Shown here: piece after piece, positions 40,901 to 53,565 of the stretch
Position numbering within the stretch: the first letter of the stretch is position 1
How the letters are laid out: every line of letters starts with the position of its first letter
From: Chiloscyllium plagiosum
Lineage: Eukaryota
Length of the DNA stretch: 64,000 bases
NCBI RefSeq assembly: GCF_004010195.1
Contig: NC_057755.1
Span: 4,177,462-4,241,461, forward strand
Direction: 5' to 3'
Translations under genes and position numbers: made by a program
The notes under the pieces: generated by a model
What the model was told of the DNA's origin: nothing
What the model saw: only the letters and a program-made list of their open reading frames with translations
Databases searched by the model: none

Positions 40901-43841
40901 CTGTGACTCAGGTATCTTGGTCACCATCAGGCCGGCTGTGAAGCCCTACCTGAGAAACACTTCCTTCAGCGGGATAGCGATAGTTTGAGGCTGGTGTGGA
41001 ATGAGTCTTCTGTCTCCTGCATTGTCTCTAGATTCAGGGCAGAGGCACTGACAGCTGTGAGATGCTGCTTCTGGCCTAGGATGTGTCAGAGGATCATGAG
41101 GAGCTCATTTACCCCAGAGGGGATTTGTTGGAATGTCTGACTAGTTACTTTGTTATGGTGAAGCTGGTCCCATAGAGATCTGTGTTTGCGTTTCACGAAG
41201 AAAGTAGATCTGCCACCTTGTTCTTGAAGTGACCTTTCTCCTGCCAGTCATATCCCCCTCACAGCGATGATGTCAGTGTTGTGATGCTGGGCAATGGCAG
41301 CAGTGAATTATTCAGGTCTATTGGTGTTGATGTTATCCATCAGGTTCCGAATTTTCCAGCTCGCAGGTTGATTTGCGCGTGGGGCAGCGCTGTGATGGAA
41401 GCTGCCTGTTTGTGGATCCCTTTAATTTGGAGTGTTCCCTGCACACCAACCACCACATGGTCCCAATGGAATGAGGTCTGGAGCCAATGGCAGTGAAAGT
41501 CCGAGAGAACTGAAGACCAGGCTCTGCTTTAGGACGCTGCTGGGTTTCTTTGAACAGGGACGAGATAAACAGTGCGTCTGTTATCTGAAATTTATTTGGG
41601 GGAACAAACAACTAAAGATGAAGCTGACCAGCTAATTGTTCCTTCTGGTTGAAATGCTGTCTTCTGAGTTCAAAGAGTCTTTAATTGTCTTTATCAAAGA
41701 ATGTTTGATAAATCTTCTCAACACTCTAATTTCTGTGCATGTTGAGTCTGCCAAGACCATGCAAGTATCTCTGTGTGTCATGGACATTGCCTATAAGGTA
41801 CAAAACACAGAATTCGAGTTGACATCAATAGTCCATGTGTGTATTTTTTATTTTTCACACCAAGAAAAAAGAAATCCATTGGACAATATTACTGTTTTTA
41901 TTTCAGAAAGACATCAAGTGCTGAATTTTGTTATTATGCGTGTGTGTATGTGTCTGTGATCATGTAAAGAGATGACCACTTATACTTCTTTATTACTGAT
42001 GTCTGGTTTATATATCTTTCTTATTTCAGCCTGACACAGACAGATGTTTAATTCACCAAATGTACAGTTTCCCAGTTTTGCACACCTGCCATGGCCCTTA
42101 TCTAATGATCCTTCCTTGTGCTTCTTCATCACCCTGAATTACATCCACCGACAGTTCCGCCATTTACACCTACCCAATATCAAAGTCACTGAATCTCCAT
42201 CCATGCTTCTCCCCGTTGGAGAGTTCCAGTAGACTAGAGGTGGACAAATACATAAAAGAATCTGCCCAGAATATTGCTCCAAAGCAAAGTGAGAACCTGC
42301 AGGAGATGTCACATTGCACATTGAACAGAAGAGATATAAAGAATTAATGTTTGTGGTTGTGGTGGCAATCAAGGAACTGCTTTGTTCTGGAGAATGTCAG
42401 TCCTCTTGAGTGTTGTTGGAGGTGCACTCATTCCAAGCAAATGGAGAGTGATCCATCATGCTCCCACCTTGGAGATGATGGCCAGGCTCTGGCAGAGAGG
42501 GGTGTCAGGAGGTGAGTTACTCTCTGCAGGATTCCGAGCACCTGAACTGCTCTTGGAGCAACATTATTTGTATCAATGCACCTGTTCAGTTCCTAGTCAA
42601 TGGTAACTGTCAGGTTGTTGATAATAAAGAATTTAATAGCGACAATGCTATTGAAGCACAGTGATCAAGAGGTGGATTCTCTCCTGACTGTACTCGTGTG
42701 GTGTGAACATTATTTGCCATTTATCAGCCAAAGCTTGCATATTGTCCTGGTCTTGCACCATTTGGACATGGACTGCGTCAGGAATTGAACAGTCCTTGAA
42801 AGTAGACTCGCAGGTAGATAGGAAAGTAAAGAAGGCGTTTGGTGTGTTTTCCTTTATTGGTCAAAGCACTGAATATGGGGGTTTGGGGGTCATGTCGAGC
42901 TGTATATGACATTAGTTAGGCTACTTTTAGAATTTTGCATACAATTCGGAAGTATTTTGTGAAACTTGAAAGGGTTCAGAAAAGATTTACAAGGATGTTG
43001 CCAGGATTGGAGGACTTGAGCAATAGGGAGAGGCTGAATAGGCTGGGGCTGCTTTGGCTGATGCATCAGAAACTGAGGGGTGACATTATAGAAGTTTAAA
43101 ACATCATGAGGGGCTTGGATAAGCTAAACAGACAGGATCTTTTCCCTGGAGTGGGGGAGTGCAGAACTAGAGGATACAGGGGTTAGGACGAGAGGGAAAA
43201 TATATAAAGGGGATCTAAGGAACAAATATTTCATGAAAAGAGTGGTGCATCTATGGAATAAGCTGTCACTGGATGTGGGGGGACTGTTACCATTACAGTA
43301 TTTAAAATAAATCTGGATGGGTATATGAATAGGATGGGTTGAGAGAGATATGGGCCAAGTGCTGGCAAATGGAGCTATCTGGTCGGCATGGACGAGTTGC
43401 ACGAAATGATATGCTTCCGTGCTGTAAGTCTCTATACTCTATCACTCACAATTGTGCTGTATGTTTTACAATCATTAGTGAGTGTCCTACTTGATGGAAC
43501 AAAGGTGATTCATGAAGCAACTGAAGATGGTTGGGCCAATGACACTACCGTGATGAAGGGTAAGACTCCATAATGCCATATTCAGTCAAATGTTACATTT
43601 GTGTCAAGTTTAGTCACTCTCACCTCACCTCTGGAATGCCTCTCTTTTACTATGCCTGCACCAAACGTTTTTATGAGGTCAGGAGGTAAGTGACCCTTGG
43701 TTGAAACCATACTAACCGCCTTTGAACATGTCCTAACTTTGCAATTATTGCTTAATAGCGAACCTTTCCATCACTTTGGTAACCCTGGAGAGTTGACAAA
43801 TAAGGTGGCAAATGGTAAGGTTGAGGATTTCCTGCTGATGA
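36914..43841 (+). repeat. Tandem duplication of ~3.4-3.56 kb (36914-40282, 40283-43841)
   Basis: Paired ORFs (38068/41636, 38579/42139, 39828/43388). Copy 1 lacks ~200 bp present at ~41030-41228. Confidence 0.95.
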
Positions 43842-43846
43842 TACTT

Positions 43847-44860
43847 AGAGTCTTAGAGATGTACAGCACAGACGCAGACCCTTCAGTCCAAGTCGTCCAT
43901 GATGCCGTCCAGATATCCCAACGTAATCTAGTCCCATTTGCCTGTACTTGTCCAGCATATACCTCCAAAACCTTCCTCTTCATATATCCATTCAGATGTC
44001 TTTTGAATACTGTACGTGTACCAGAATTGTATGAAATATTCCAATAGTGGCTAAACCAATGTCCCGCACAGCCACAACATGACCTCACCACTTTTATACA
44101 CAAGGCTCCGAACAATAAAATAAAGCATAACAATCGCCTTCTTTACTATCCTGTCCTATCCATTTCTGACTCTATTTTCCAGGAACTATGAACCTGCAAT
44201 CCAAGGTCTTTTTGTTCACCAACACTCCATAAGACATAACCATTAAGAGTATAAGTCCTGCTATGATTTCTTTTCCAAAATCCAGCACCCCATATCTATC
44301 TAAATTAAACTCAAACTGCCACTCCTCAGCCCGTTGTCCCGTGCATTCAAGATCCATTTGTACACTGAGGTAATCATCTTCGCTGTCCACTACACCTCCA
44401 ACTTTGGTGCCATCTGCAAACTTACTAAATATACCCCCTACGTTCACATCCATATCATTTGTATAAATGATGAAAAGTAGTGGAATGAGTATCGATGTCT
44501 GTGGCACACCGCTGGTCACAGGCCTCTAGTCTGAAAAGCAGCACTGTCCCAACACCATCTGTCTTCTGCCTTCAAGTCAGCTCTGTAACCAAATGGCGAG
44601 TTCTCCTTGTATTCCATGTGACCCAACCTGGCTGACCAGTCTACCACGGGGAACCTTGTAAAATGTCTTACTGAAGTCCTTATAGATCACATCCACTGCT
44701 TTGCACTCATCAGTCCTCTTTGTGATTTCTTCAGAAAACTCAATCAAGTTTGTGAGACATGATTTCCCACTCATCAAGCCATGCTAACTATCCTTAACCA
44801 GTTCTTGCCTTTCCAAATACATGTAAATCCTATCCCTCAGGATTCCCTCCAACAACTCGC
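43847..44860 (-). mobile_element. CR1 LINE RT relic
   Basis: GKSCLTNLIEF...DFSKTFYKVP...TSGVPQTSILIPLLFIIYTND...SKFADGTKVGG. Confidence 0.92.
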
Positions 44861-45383
44861 CCATCTTGGGAAATTTTCCCCATTGCCAGATAAAAACCAG
44901 TGCTCTAGCTATCCTGGAACAGCTTGGTTCTGAGCAGCATTGTGGAATAGAGATGCAAAAATGCATTCCAGGCAATATGTATCATTGACTCCTGCCCCAA
45001 TAAAGTTTCATTGCATCAAATCAAACATGGGCCAGGGCACCTCCTATCGATTCTAATGACCTTCACCCACAACATGCCTCCCTGATGACACATCTTTAAG
45101 TGGAAACACTTCGAGGAAGCACTGAGAGAGAAACGACAAAGACAGCGCAAAGGAATCTCTCTTTCTATCTCTCACACGATCTCTCTCTCTCAGAAGTCCA
45201 CCTGACTCTTCTGCTGAGAAAACATCAGGAACACTGTGGAGCACTTTCATCCTCAGACTACCTGGAAACAGTTCCTGTCTGTATCCTCCTAAAGTCTGCT
45301 TTGATTGTCTTCCCTGTTCACTGCCTTCCTGTTCAATTTGCATGTCATCTGCAAAGTTGGAAGTTATGTCGTAAGAACCCACG

Positions 45384-45633
45384 TGTCGTGGTTATACTGA
45401 GGTCAGGCAGGTGGACCTCAGAGAATATGAGTCCCATGATTGGGGTTGTTAATCTGGTACAAGCAGGGAGCCCTAGCTGACAGATAAAAGAAAACGAGTG
45501 TCAGGTGTCCTGAAGCTCTGAGACCTGGTTCTGAGGGAAAAGGAGCAGTGTCACCTCCTTTTTATTTACTTGCCCCATGTAAATAAAAGGTGGCGTGATG
45601 ATGGGATATCAGTCTGTGTGGAGTTATATTACA
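45384..45633 (+). mobile_element. Probable short solo LTR
   Basis: TG...CA termini, TATA-like GATAAAA and AATAAA; no clear TSD. Confidence 0.45.
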
Positions 45634-48567
45634 AAGTCCTGTAAAATTCTGAATATAAGCTGCCACCAGTAAGTCTCAGCTGCCAGGAGCACATGTTGGA
45701 TATTGTGTCTGTGATGATTGTGAAGTTCAGTGTTATTTTAACGGATCGATCCTGTGATGCCAGTGCTACTGATATTAACCTTGTATTATAATTTATCACC
45801 GAGCTCCACAGGAGTAAGGGAAGGAATATGATAGACCTTTCAAATATAGAGAAAGTCTAATTTGAAGACGCTGAACCTTTCTTATATAATGTCCATAATT
45901 CTCAAGAATCAGCAGAAGCATTGTTCTCCAATCTCTGTTCAGATCAGTTTTTCCCATCTAGATGTTGAACTTGGAATGGTTTGAACCATATAATCTACAC
46001 TGCTCCCATTTCCTGTACTTTTTTTTTATTTCTTGTATCTCAATCTTCATGAAATCTCAACTGAAATATGCTCTGGTGAATATTTCCAGGATGTGAACAG
46101 AGGGACACAGAAGGAAACACCCTAGTTCCAGAGAGCTTTTCAATGATAGAGAGAGGGGAGAGAGAGAGAGAGAGAGGGAGAGGGAGAGGGAGAGAGAGAG
46201 GGACACGGTAGGTGGCAAGTTGAACCCAACGATCGCCTTGCTTCTCTACATCTCACATCAGTCGTACAACCAATTGTGTTAACGGATTATGACTTATGAC
46301 ATTGTGATTGAGGGGGTGGCAGTTATACAGTTACAAATCACCGTTAGGCCTTAGACATAGTCTTGAAGAACTCCAGCAGTGACGTCTGGAGATTAAATGG
46401 CTGGCTTCCAACGAACACACCAGTCACATGTAGTCCAGACCAGGTACAGACAGTCAATTTCTTTCCGTAAAGGACATTAGTGAAACAATGGGTTTTTACA
46501 ACAAGTTACAATGGTTTCCTCGTCAGTATTAGAGACATAATTCCAATTATTTATTCAACTGAAGTTCTGGAATCCATCATGATAAGACTTGTCAGAGGTG
46601 GTACTGCAGATGTTGGAGATTAGAGTCAAGATTAGAGTAGGTCATCAGGACGAAGGGCTTTTGCCAGAAACTTCGATTTTCCTACTACTCGGATGCTGCC
46701 TGACCTGCTGTGTTCTTCCAGCACCACTCTAATCATGATAAGATGACCTGAGCCCATCATAATACTTTGGAAGTATCTGAATATTTAGAACCCAAACGTG
46801 ATACTTTTGTTCCAATAACCAAAATAAGGGTTTTCTGTTTTGTTATTTAACATTGAATGTAATATTAATTTGTCATTATTTGGTTTCTGGAAAATGGGAA
46901 CGTAGACATAATGGGGCTGAAAATTGCATTTAATTGGATTGACTGTGAACAATTGTGAGACCATTTCGGTTACCTCTGATTGAGATGGGTTCGTGTATTT
47001 GTTCAGTGGGAAGCCTGAAGGAATCATGGATGTGCCGAGTGAACTGTTTTCCTGTGCAAAGGAATGTATTAAGTAGAAAGGTAGAAGAATAATTTACATG
47101 TGTTATGTGTGTGCTTGAATATGTGTGTGTGAAATGCCTCATTCTTCCACATTATGAGTGTTCTATGAAGAATTCTTCCTCTCACTTAGCCTTAAAGGAC
47201 GTTGGAATGTTTTGATCCTCCAGTGCTCTGGTTTCCTGCCAAAATCCAAAGATGTGCAGGTTAGGTAAATTGACCAAGCTAAATTGCCCATAGTGTTCAA
47301 GTATGAGTAAGTTGGGACATTCGTTGGGGCTAGGTGTAGAGCAATGGGGTGAAGGAGTGGGCCTAGGTGGGTTGGCCTTCGGAGGGTCGTTGTGGACTTA
47401 TTGGGCAGAAAGGCCTGTTTCCACATTGTCGGGGATTCTATTCTCTCCTGTAGTTTTGGCGAGTGTAAAAGTGGACAAGTCCTGAGGTCTGCAGGAGCCG
47501 TAACGAACGAGATGACGATGGAAATTATAAGTACTGTGATCAAATGTTTAATTCCTCTTCAGCTACCCGATTAGTCAGAGGACTTCAGCACAGCTGATGT
47601 GTTTCCACTTTTCAAGAAGGGTGGTGGAGATTCACTGCGAATTACACGTCAGTGATTCCCAGTGCACGGGAAACTATTAGAGAAAATTCTGAAGGAGAGA
47701 ATTGATCTCCATTTTGAGAGGCAAGGCTAGATCAGTCACTGTGGCTTTGTTACAGGGATGAAATGGCTTACAAATCTGGTGGAGTTTTTCGAGTAGTTGA
47801 CCGTGTCTGGAGATGAGGGTAGGGCAACTGGTGAGGGTAGGGTATATGGTTTTCAGCAAGGTATTTGACAAGGCAGCACATGGGAGATTAATAACTAAGG
47901 TAAAAGCACATGGCATACAAAATTAATTAATTAGCAAATTGGTTCCAAAAGTGGCTCTGTCAGAGGAGGCAGAGGGTGTTGATCGAAGGCTGGATGTGTA
48001 ATTGGAGACTGGTGTTCAGTGCAGTGGTATACCACTGGGATGGATGTTGTGTCCCTTACTGTTGGTGATATTCATAAATAATAATGAAGAGTGCATGTTT
48101 GTGCATGCACATGCGCCCATGTGTATGTGTGTCTGCTGTATCTGTATCTGAGTCAGTATGTGTGTTTGTGTGTGTGTGTGCGAATGTGTGTGCTGTACGG
48201 AATGAGGGTGGGTGGGGATGATAAATAAGTTTGCGATGACAAAAATATTGATCGGATGTTTGACAGTGAGGAAAATATTCTTAGGTGACAAACAGAAATA
48301 GTTAGGTTGGTCACATGGGCAGATCAATGGCAGGTGGAATTTAACCCTGATAAACCTGTAGGTGATACACGTTGTCACAAGTTTCAAGACAAGGCAGTAC
48401 TCAATGAATGGTATGACATTAGAAAGGGCAAAGGAACCAAAATATCTTGTGGAGCTTGTTAACAAATCTCTAAAGGTAGTAGGACAGGTCAGTAGGGTAG
48501 TTCAGAAGTCGTATATGATATGTGCCTTTACCATTCCAGACATCAGAGCAGGGAGGTCCTGTTGGAG

Positions 48568-49130
48568 TGAAACTTTATATCCTGTTGCAGGCCCTCTTGG
48601 TCCTGGGACTCGACAAAAGAATGACTAGGAGTACAATCTGCTTAAAGCAAGTTTACCAGTTTAATAAATTAATAAATAGAAGTAGCCTGGGGTAGATTTG
48701 CCAGGCAACATGGAGGTTAAAAGTTTCTGTGTTCCGTAGAGAAATGGTGCAAATACATTTACGTTTTTTTTTAATAGATAGTACAGCCTTAATTACAAGA
48801 AAAGACCAATCATATCTAATAAGGTGAAATGATTGACAACAGGCTAATCCAATGATATTTCAAGGGAAACAGATTGTTATGTGCATGTTTACTAGTTCAA
48901 GGTTACCTCAAAGACGAAATCACTGTCTTATAATTCATATTATGAAAATCCATTATAATCTCTTATCTTCTATTTAGCTTAACTCAACAAAACAGCAGCA
49001 CAAGTTCACAGAGTCAAGTTCATACTTTCAGACATTATGTTGTGTTATTTTAAATTGAAAAGCCATTTCGTGGTTAATAAAAATCTACGTATCCTTGTTG
49101 CAACTGATAACAGCCTAAATTCAAATTATA
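48568..49130 (-). mobile_element. ERV 3' LTR, inverted duplicate copy
   Basis: Reverse complement of 60639-61301, preceded on the minus strand by the PPT-like AGGGAATGAGGA. Confidence 0.8.
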
Positions 49131-49156
49131 GATCCTCATTCCCTGCGTTGGTCATT

Positions 49157-50950
49157 CTATGACCACACCATAAAGGCATGGACCAAATTAATCCAATTCG
49201 GTGGCAGTGAAAGACTGCAATCCTTTCTCTTCCTCTGAAGAGGAATCAAGGACAGGCGATGATGCTTCCTCATCATCATAAAAGTGAGAAGAAGCATTTT
49301 CTGGGTGCAACCAATGTTGTCAATAGAAATTAATATTTTAGCAATAATACACTTATCAATAGCAATGCTAACAAAATGAGCAAATGAACAATAGCAGCAT
49401 ACATAGCCATATTGATAAACCATAAACCAAAACCCCAATCTCCCCACCCTGCATCTTCATTCATTTGGTTGACAGAAATGCGGATGATATCTGTATGTCC
49501 AATAATGTTTTCGATAAAGTTAGTGACCCCCATGATGCACTTCCCTTTGACTATGACACAAACGCCACCTTCCTTCACAATAATGTAATCGAGAGCATAG
49601 CAGGTTTTGTTGGGTAAATAGGCACAATTCTGAAAGTAAGACCCTTATTTCTATTAGGCAGCAGTTGTCTCATTTCATGAAATTGTGGGTCCACAAATAT
49701 TTTGATGATTAATAACTCCTGAAGTCCCTCTAACGGAAAGAACACGAAGTGCTGCATATGTTAATGAGTGAGTTTTACTATTTGATAGAAGCTTTGGATC
49801 CTTCCATTCTGCTCAAAAGTCAGAAGAAACTGAAAGTTTGACACGGGAATTTGAATCTCGGTGCCAGGTAATTGGACGGGAACAGGAGTTGGAAATGATG
49901 CTTCTACAGATACAACACGTGGAGTACTTGCTATATTCAGGACAAGATACCTTCCTATAACTGAATAATAATATCCAGGTTAAGTATAGATAATGGAGGG
50001 ATCTTCCCAATAAAAAGCGGGCCTATCTTTGTGACTTCCTGAGGTACCTGGGTAATCCTTGATTACATAGTTTGGTCCAAACATAAAGGCTGGAAATTAT
50101 TCAGTCTAATGAGGTGGGTCTCTTGATAAGAATCGTGGTCGACCTCGCAGAATGGTTCTACCCATCCAATAACTGGGAAGATATTAGTGCAATTAGGTGT
50201 ATCGTAATGAAGTTGGTTGTGGCAAACCACCCCACAAAGGGTTTGAATGCCAGAGGTAAAAGAGACACATTCACTCCTTCAGGGAAATAGTGACAACTGA
50301 TAAATATAGGCATAGCACAGGGGATACTTTTAGGGAATTTTACACTCCAATCCGTGCACACCCATCCCTTACTGTTGTAGCAATTTGAATAGGATATAGC
50401 GGATTTATTGGAGGATGTCCATAATCCTGTAAATACTTTAGAATTATTCGTACCCCCATGTTAGGATTTGGAAGGATAAATGAGGTCAGGGAGTGTATTG
50501 CTGAAGTAAAGGCGTAACTTCAACCTCTCCAAATATGTTATTATGAGTTTCGATGAACAAATTGTTAGTGAAGGATAGCATCCCACCTTTCCTCTTTTAC
50601 TACATGATCTATCTGAAAGGGGCATGGCTCAGTAGAGATGCCCATTGTACAAATGAAATTAAACTGACGTACAACATCTTTAGACGATAAAGACCATTTA
50701 GATTTGTTCTGTAAATGAACTGGTCAACCTTTTTGATGCAGTTGACCACTGCATTAGTCATTCTTGGTAACATTCAGTCTCTTGGCACACAAGGACATCT
50801 TCCTGGCAGAGATGGTACACAGTCTCTGGTTGCTCAGGATCGCACTGGTAAACTGTCCCTTCTTGTGCTCCAAATCTGGCAATGGCAAGTCCATGCAGCC
50901 GAGCAAGTGCGATCTATAATATCTCTCCCCTTCCACCCCCATTTGCAAGT
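49157..50950 (-). pseudogene. env: ERV env pseudogene, second copy
   Basis: ICGPTIS*NETTAA...SELCLFTQQN...DYIIVKEGGVCVIVKGKCIMGVTNFIENI...GWGDWGFGLW followed by a TM helix; many stops and frameshifts. Confidence 0.88.
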
Positions 50951-51450
50951 NNNNNNNNNNNNNNNNNNNNNNNNNNNNNNNNNNNNNNNNNNNNNNNNNN
51001 NNNNNNNNNNNNNNNNNNNNNNNNNNNNNNNNNNNNNNNNNNNNNNNNNNNNNNNNNNNNNNNNNNNNNNNNNNNNNNNNNNNNNNNNNNNNNNNNNNNN
51101 NNNNNNNNNNNNNNNNNNNNNNNNNNNNNNNNNNNNNNNNNNNNNNNNNNNNNNNNNNNNNNNNNNNNNNNNNNNNNNNNNNNNNNNNNNNNNNNNNNNN
51201 NNNNNNNNNNNNNNNNNNNNNNNNNNNNNNNNNNNNNNNNNNNNNNNNNNNNNNNNNNNNNNNNNNNNNNNNNNNNNNNNNNNNNNNNNNNNNNNNNNNN
51301 NNNNNNNNNNNNNNNNNNNNNNNNNNNNNNNNNNNNNNNNNNNNNNNNNNNNNNNNNNNNNNNNNNNNNNNNNNNNNNNNNNNNNNNNNNNNNNNNNNNN
51401 NNNNNNNNNNNNNNNNNNNNNNNNNNNNNNNNNNNNNNNNNNNNNNNNNN
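50951..51450. other. Assembly gap
   Basis: N run. Confidence 1.
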
Positions 51451-52191
51451 ACTGAAGTCACTCATTTCTCTGAAAACAGAGTTATAACCCACTGCATTTA
51501 GCTGACAAAAGTTTAAAATCAATCAGCTAATATGTACGATAACTGTTCGTGGGATGCTAAAACAAGATTTATTGTCCATTCCTTATTGCCCAGAAGGCAT
51601 TTGGGAATGAATCTGGAGTCACGTGTAAATCAGTGTAGGTAATGTTCTTCACTTAAGAACATTAATGAAGTAGTTATTCACTTGTTTCACCACCATCATC
51701 CCTCCCCCAGATAAGCAATAGCGTTTTCATATTTGACATCAGATTATTTGGATATAATTCGTATTTCTTCTCCTTCCTCGATGAGATTCAAAGGCAGCTC
51801 TTCAGAACATGAGCTTGATGGTCTTGGATGTCCGTCCCGTGATAATCCCACCAGTCTACCATGAATTCCTTGTGCAGTTAGTGAATTATGGCAGACATTT
51901 CCCATGAGTAAACAATCCACTTCAGTTCTGAAACACTTCATGTTTATTTGCCTTTTGAAATAAATAAGCAGAAGATTACAACCTTTAAGGCCATTCCATG
52001 TCATTGGAAGTCACGGCATTGCTGCAAACGACAGGTGCCCCTCCCTTGTATTGGACTGTGTTCATTATGTACAGATTTCTCATCAGTGACTGCGCGAAAT
52101 ATGTCTTTAAGGTTCAGTGGTCTCACGGGCTGAGGTGAAACCTTGGCCCCTGACTGCAGGAATCAATAAACGTCTCGTCTTTGCTTTCCAG

Positions 52192-52325
52192 CTCGATCCC
52201 GGAAATGTATATTTGTGGGAGGGGTGTGCAGATTTGAAAAATGTCTCGATGATGAATTCGAGTTTGGTAAGGGTTGCAGACAACATCACCTTTGCTGCAT
52301 GAATATCAATGGACCGCAAGGTTAA
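52192..52325 (+). CDS. Beta-defensin-like mature peptide, terminal coding exon (phase 1)
   Basis: Follows the acceptor TCTTTGCTTTCCAG and reads RSRKCIFVGGVCRFEKCLDDEFEFGKGCRQHHLCCMNINGPQG*. Cysteine spacing is C-x6-C-x4-C-x10-C-x5-CC with GxC. An ATTAAA poly(A) signal lies at 52411-52416. Confidence 0.8.
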
Positions 52326-52619
52326 TCTGAGGCTGTGCTGAAGCTTACTGCAAAATCCTTTGTTATTGGATGTGTCCGCATGGACCCTAAGCCACTGTTT
52401 CTGTATCATCATTAAAGGTGTTCACTGTTACTCGCATCCCGTGGCCCGTGTCTGATTTCAGACCGTGACCGGTGTATCTGGTTATGTCTTTGGTGTGGGG
52501 ATAAGGACGCGGTGGTGGTGGTGGTGGTGGTGGTGGTGTGGGGGGGGGTGGGGGGGTTAATGATCAGAAATGGTAGAAATATGGTCACCACTGTCAGCTC
52601 CTAACTACCCAACTTCATA

Positions 52620-53014
52620 GAACCATTGTCAACAGAGCCCTCTTACCTGTGTCTGACCCATTTCCCACCCTTTCAACATCAACCCCTTACCCCTCTTACA
52701 GCAGAGATCGATTTCTCCTTGTCCTTACCTACCATACCACCACCAGCATCCACATCCAGAAAAACATCAGATCCCATTTATAACACCTCCAGTGAGATGC
52801 GACCACCAGACACATATTCCAACTTCCGCAGGAATCATTCCCTGTGGGACACCCTGGTCCACTCTTGCTTCACTCCTAAGAGCCCCAACACTTGTCTGGC
52901 ACCTTCCCTTGCAACCCCCTAAGGTACAACCTGCCAATTTACCTCTTCCCCACTCAGTATCCAAGGGCTCAAACATGCCTTTCAGGTGAAGCAACGATTT
53001 ATCATCACTTTTCA
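52620..53014 (+). mobile_element. Penelope-like element relic (RT/GIY-YIG linker)
   Basis: FRRNHSLWDTLVHS...GTFPCN...IQGLKHAFQVKQRF. Confidence 0.7.
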
Positions 53015-53109
53015 NNNNNNNNNNNNNNNNNNNNNNNNNNNNNNNNNNNNNNNNNNNNNNNNNNNNNNNNNNNNNNNNNNNNNNNNNNNNNNNNNNNNNN
53101 NNNNNNNNN
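53015..53109. other. Assembly gap hiding the ERV 5' junction
   Basis: N run. Confidence 1.
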
Positions 53110-53565
53110 GTATTCGAACTAACATTGAACCGCTACGATGACGTGTATATTTACATAAATTAAGACCCCTTCCCCAGGGAATATCGTTGGATTAGCCTGT
53201 TGTCAATCATTTTATCTATTACAGTTGATTGGACTTTTCTTGTAATTAAGAATCATTTCCCAGGAAATATCACTGGATTAATCTGCTGGAAATCATGTCA
53301 TCTTATTAAATGTGATTGGTCTTTTCTTGTAATTAAGGTTGCACTATCTCTTAAAAACAGACAAAGAATCTCAAAGATTCCAAGGTAATTGCACAACTTC
53401 ACCACAGAACACAAAAGTTTTAGCCTTTGTGTTGCTGAACAGAATTGCATCAAGGTGCCTTAATGCAATAAACTAATGACGCTTGCCTTTTTCTAAACTG
53501 CATTCCATTGAATATTTTGACCGATTACAAAACAAGAGGCCTCTCTTGAGGTGTTTGGATCTTCA
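53110..53565 (+). mobile_element. ERV 5' LTR (5' part lost in the gap)
   Basis: Homologous to ~60850-61301, including the duplicated ATTGG-containing unit. AATAAA at ~53467; ends ATCTTCA like the 3' LTR. Confidence 0.78.

Larger units (their letters stand above)
46206..50950 (-). repeat. Left arm of an inverted duplication of 58779-64000 (env, 3' LTR and host flank); ends at a gap
   Basis: 46206 CGGTAGGTGGCAAGTTGAACC matches the reverse complement of the window end, and 50950 corresponds to 58779. Mirrored ORFs include 49330(-)/60118(+) and 48362(+)/61205(-). Confidence 0.95.

Noticed and set aside
51904..51963. MSKQSTSVLKHFMFICLLK* as the defensin signal exon
   Set aside because: It ends in a stop, has no suitable donor and has a weak hydrophobic core.
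52511..52557. (GGT)n/G-run as a functional G-quadruplex
   Set aside because: A simple repeat with no evidence of function.
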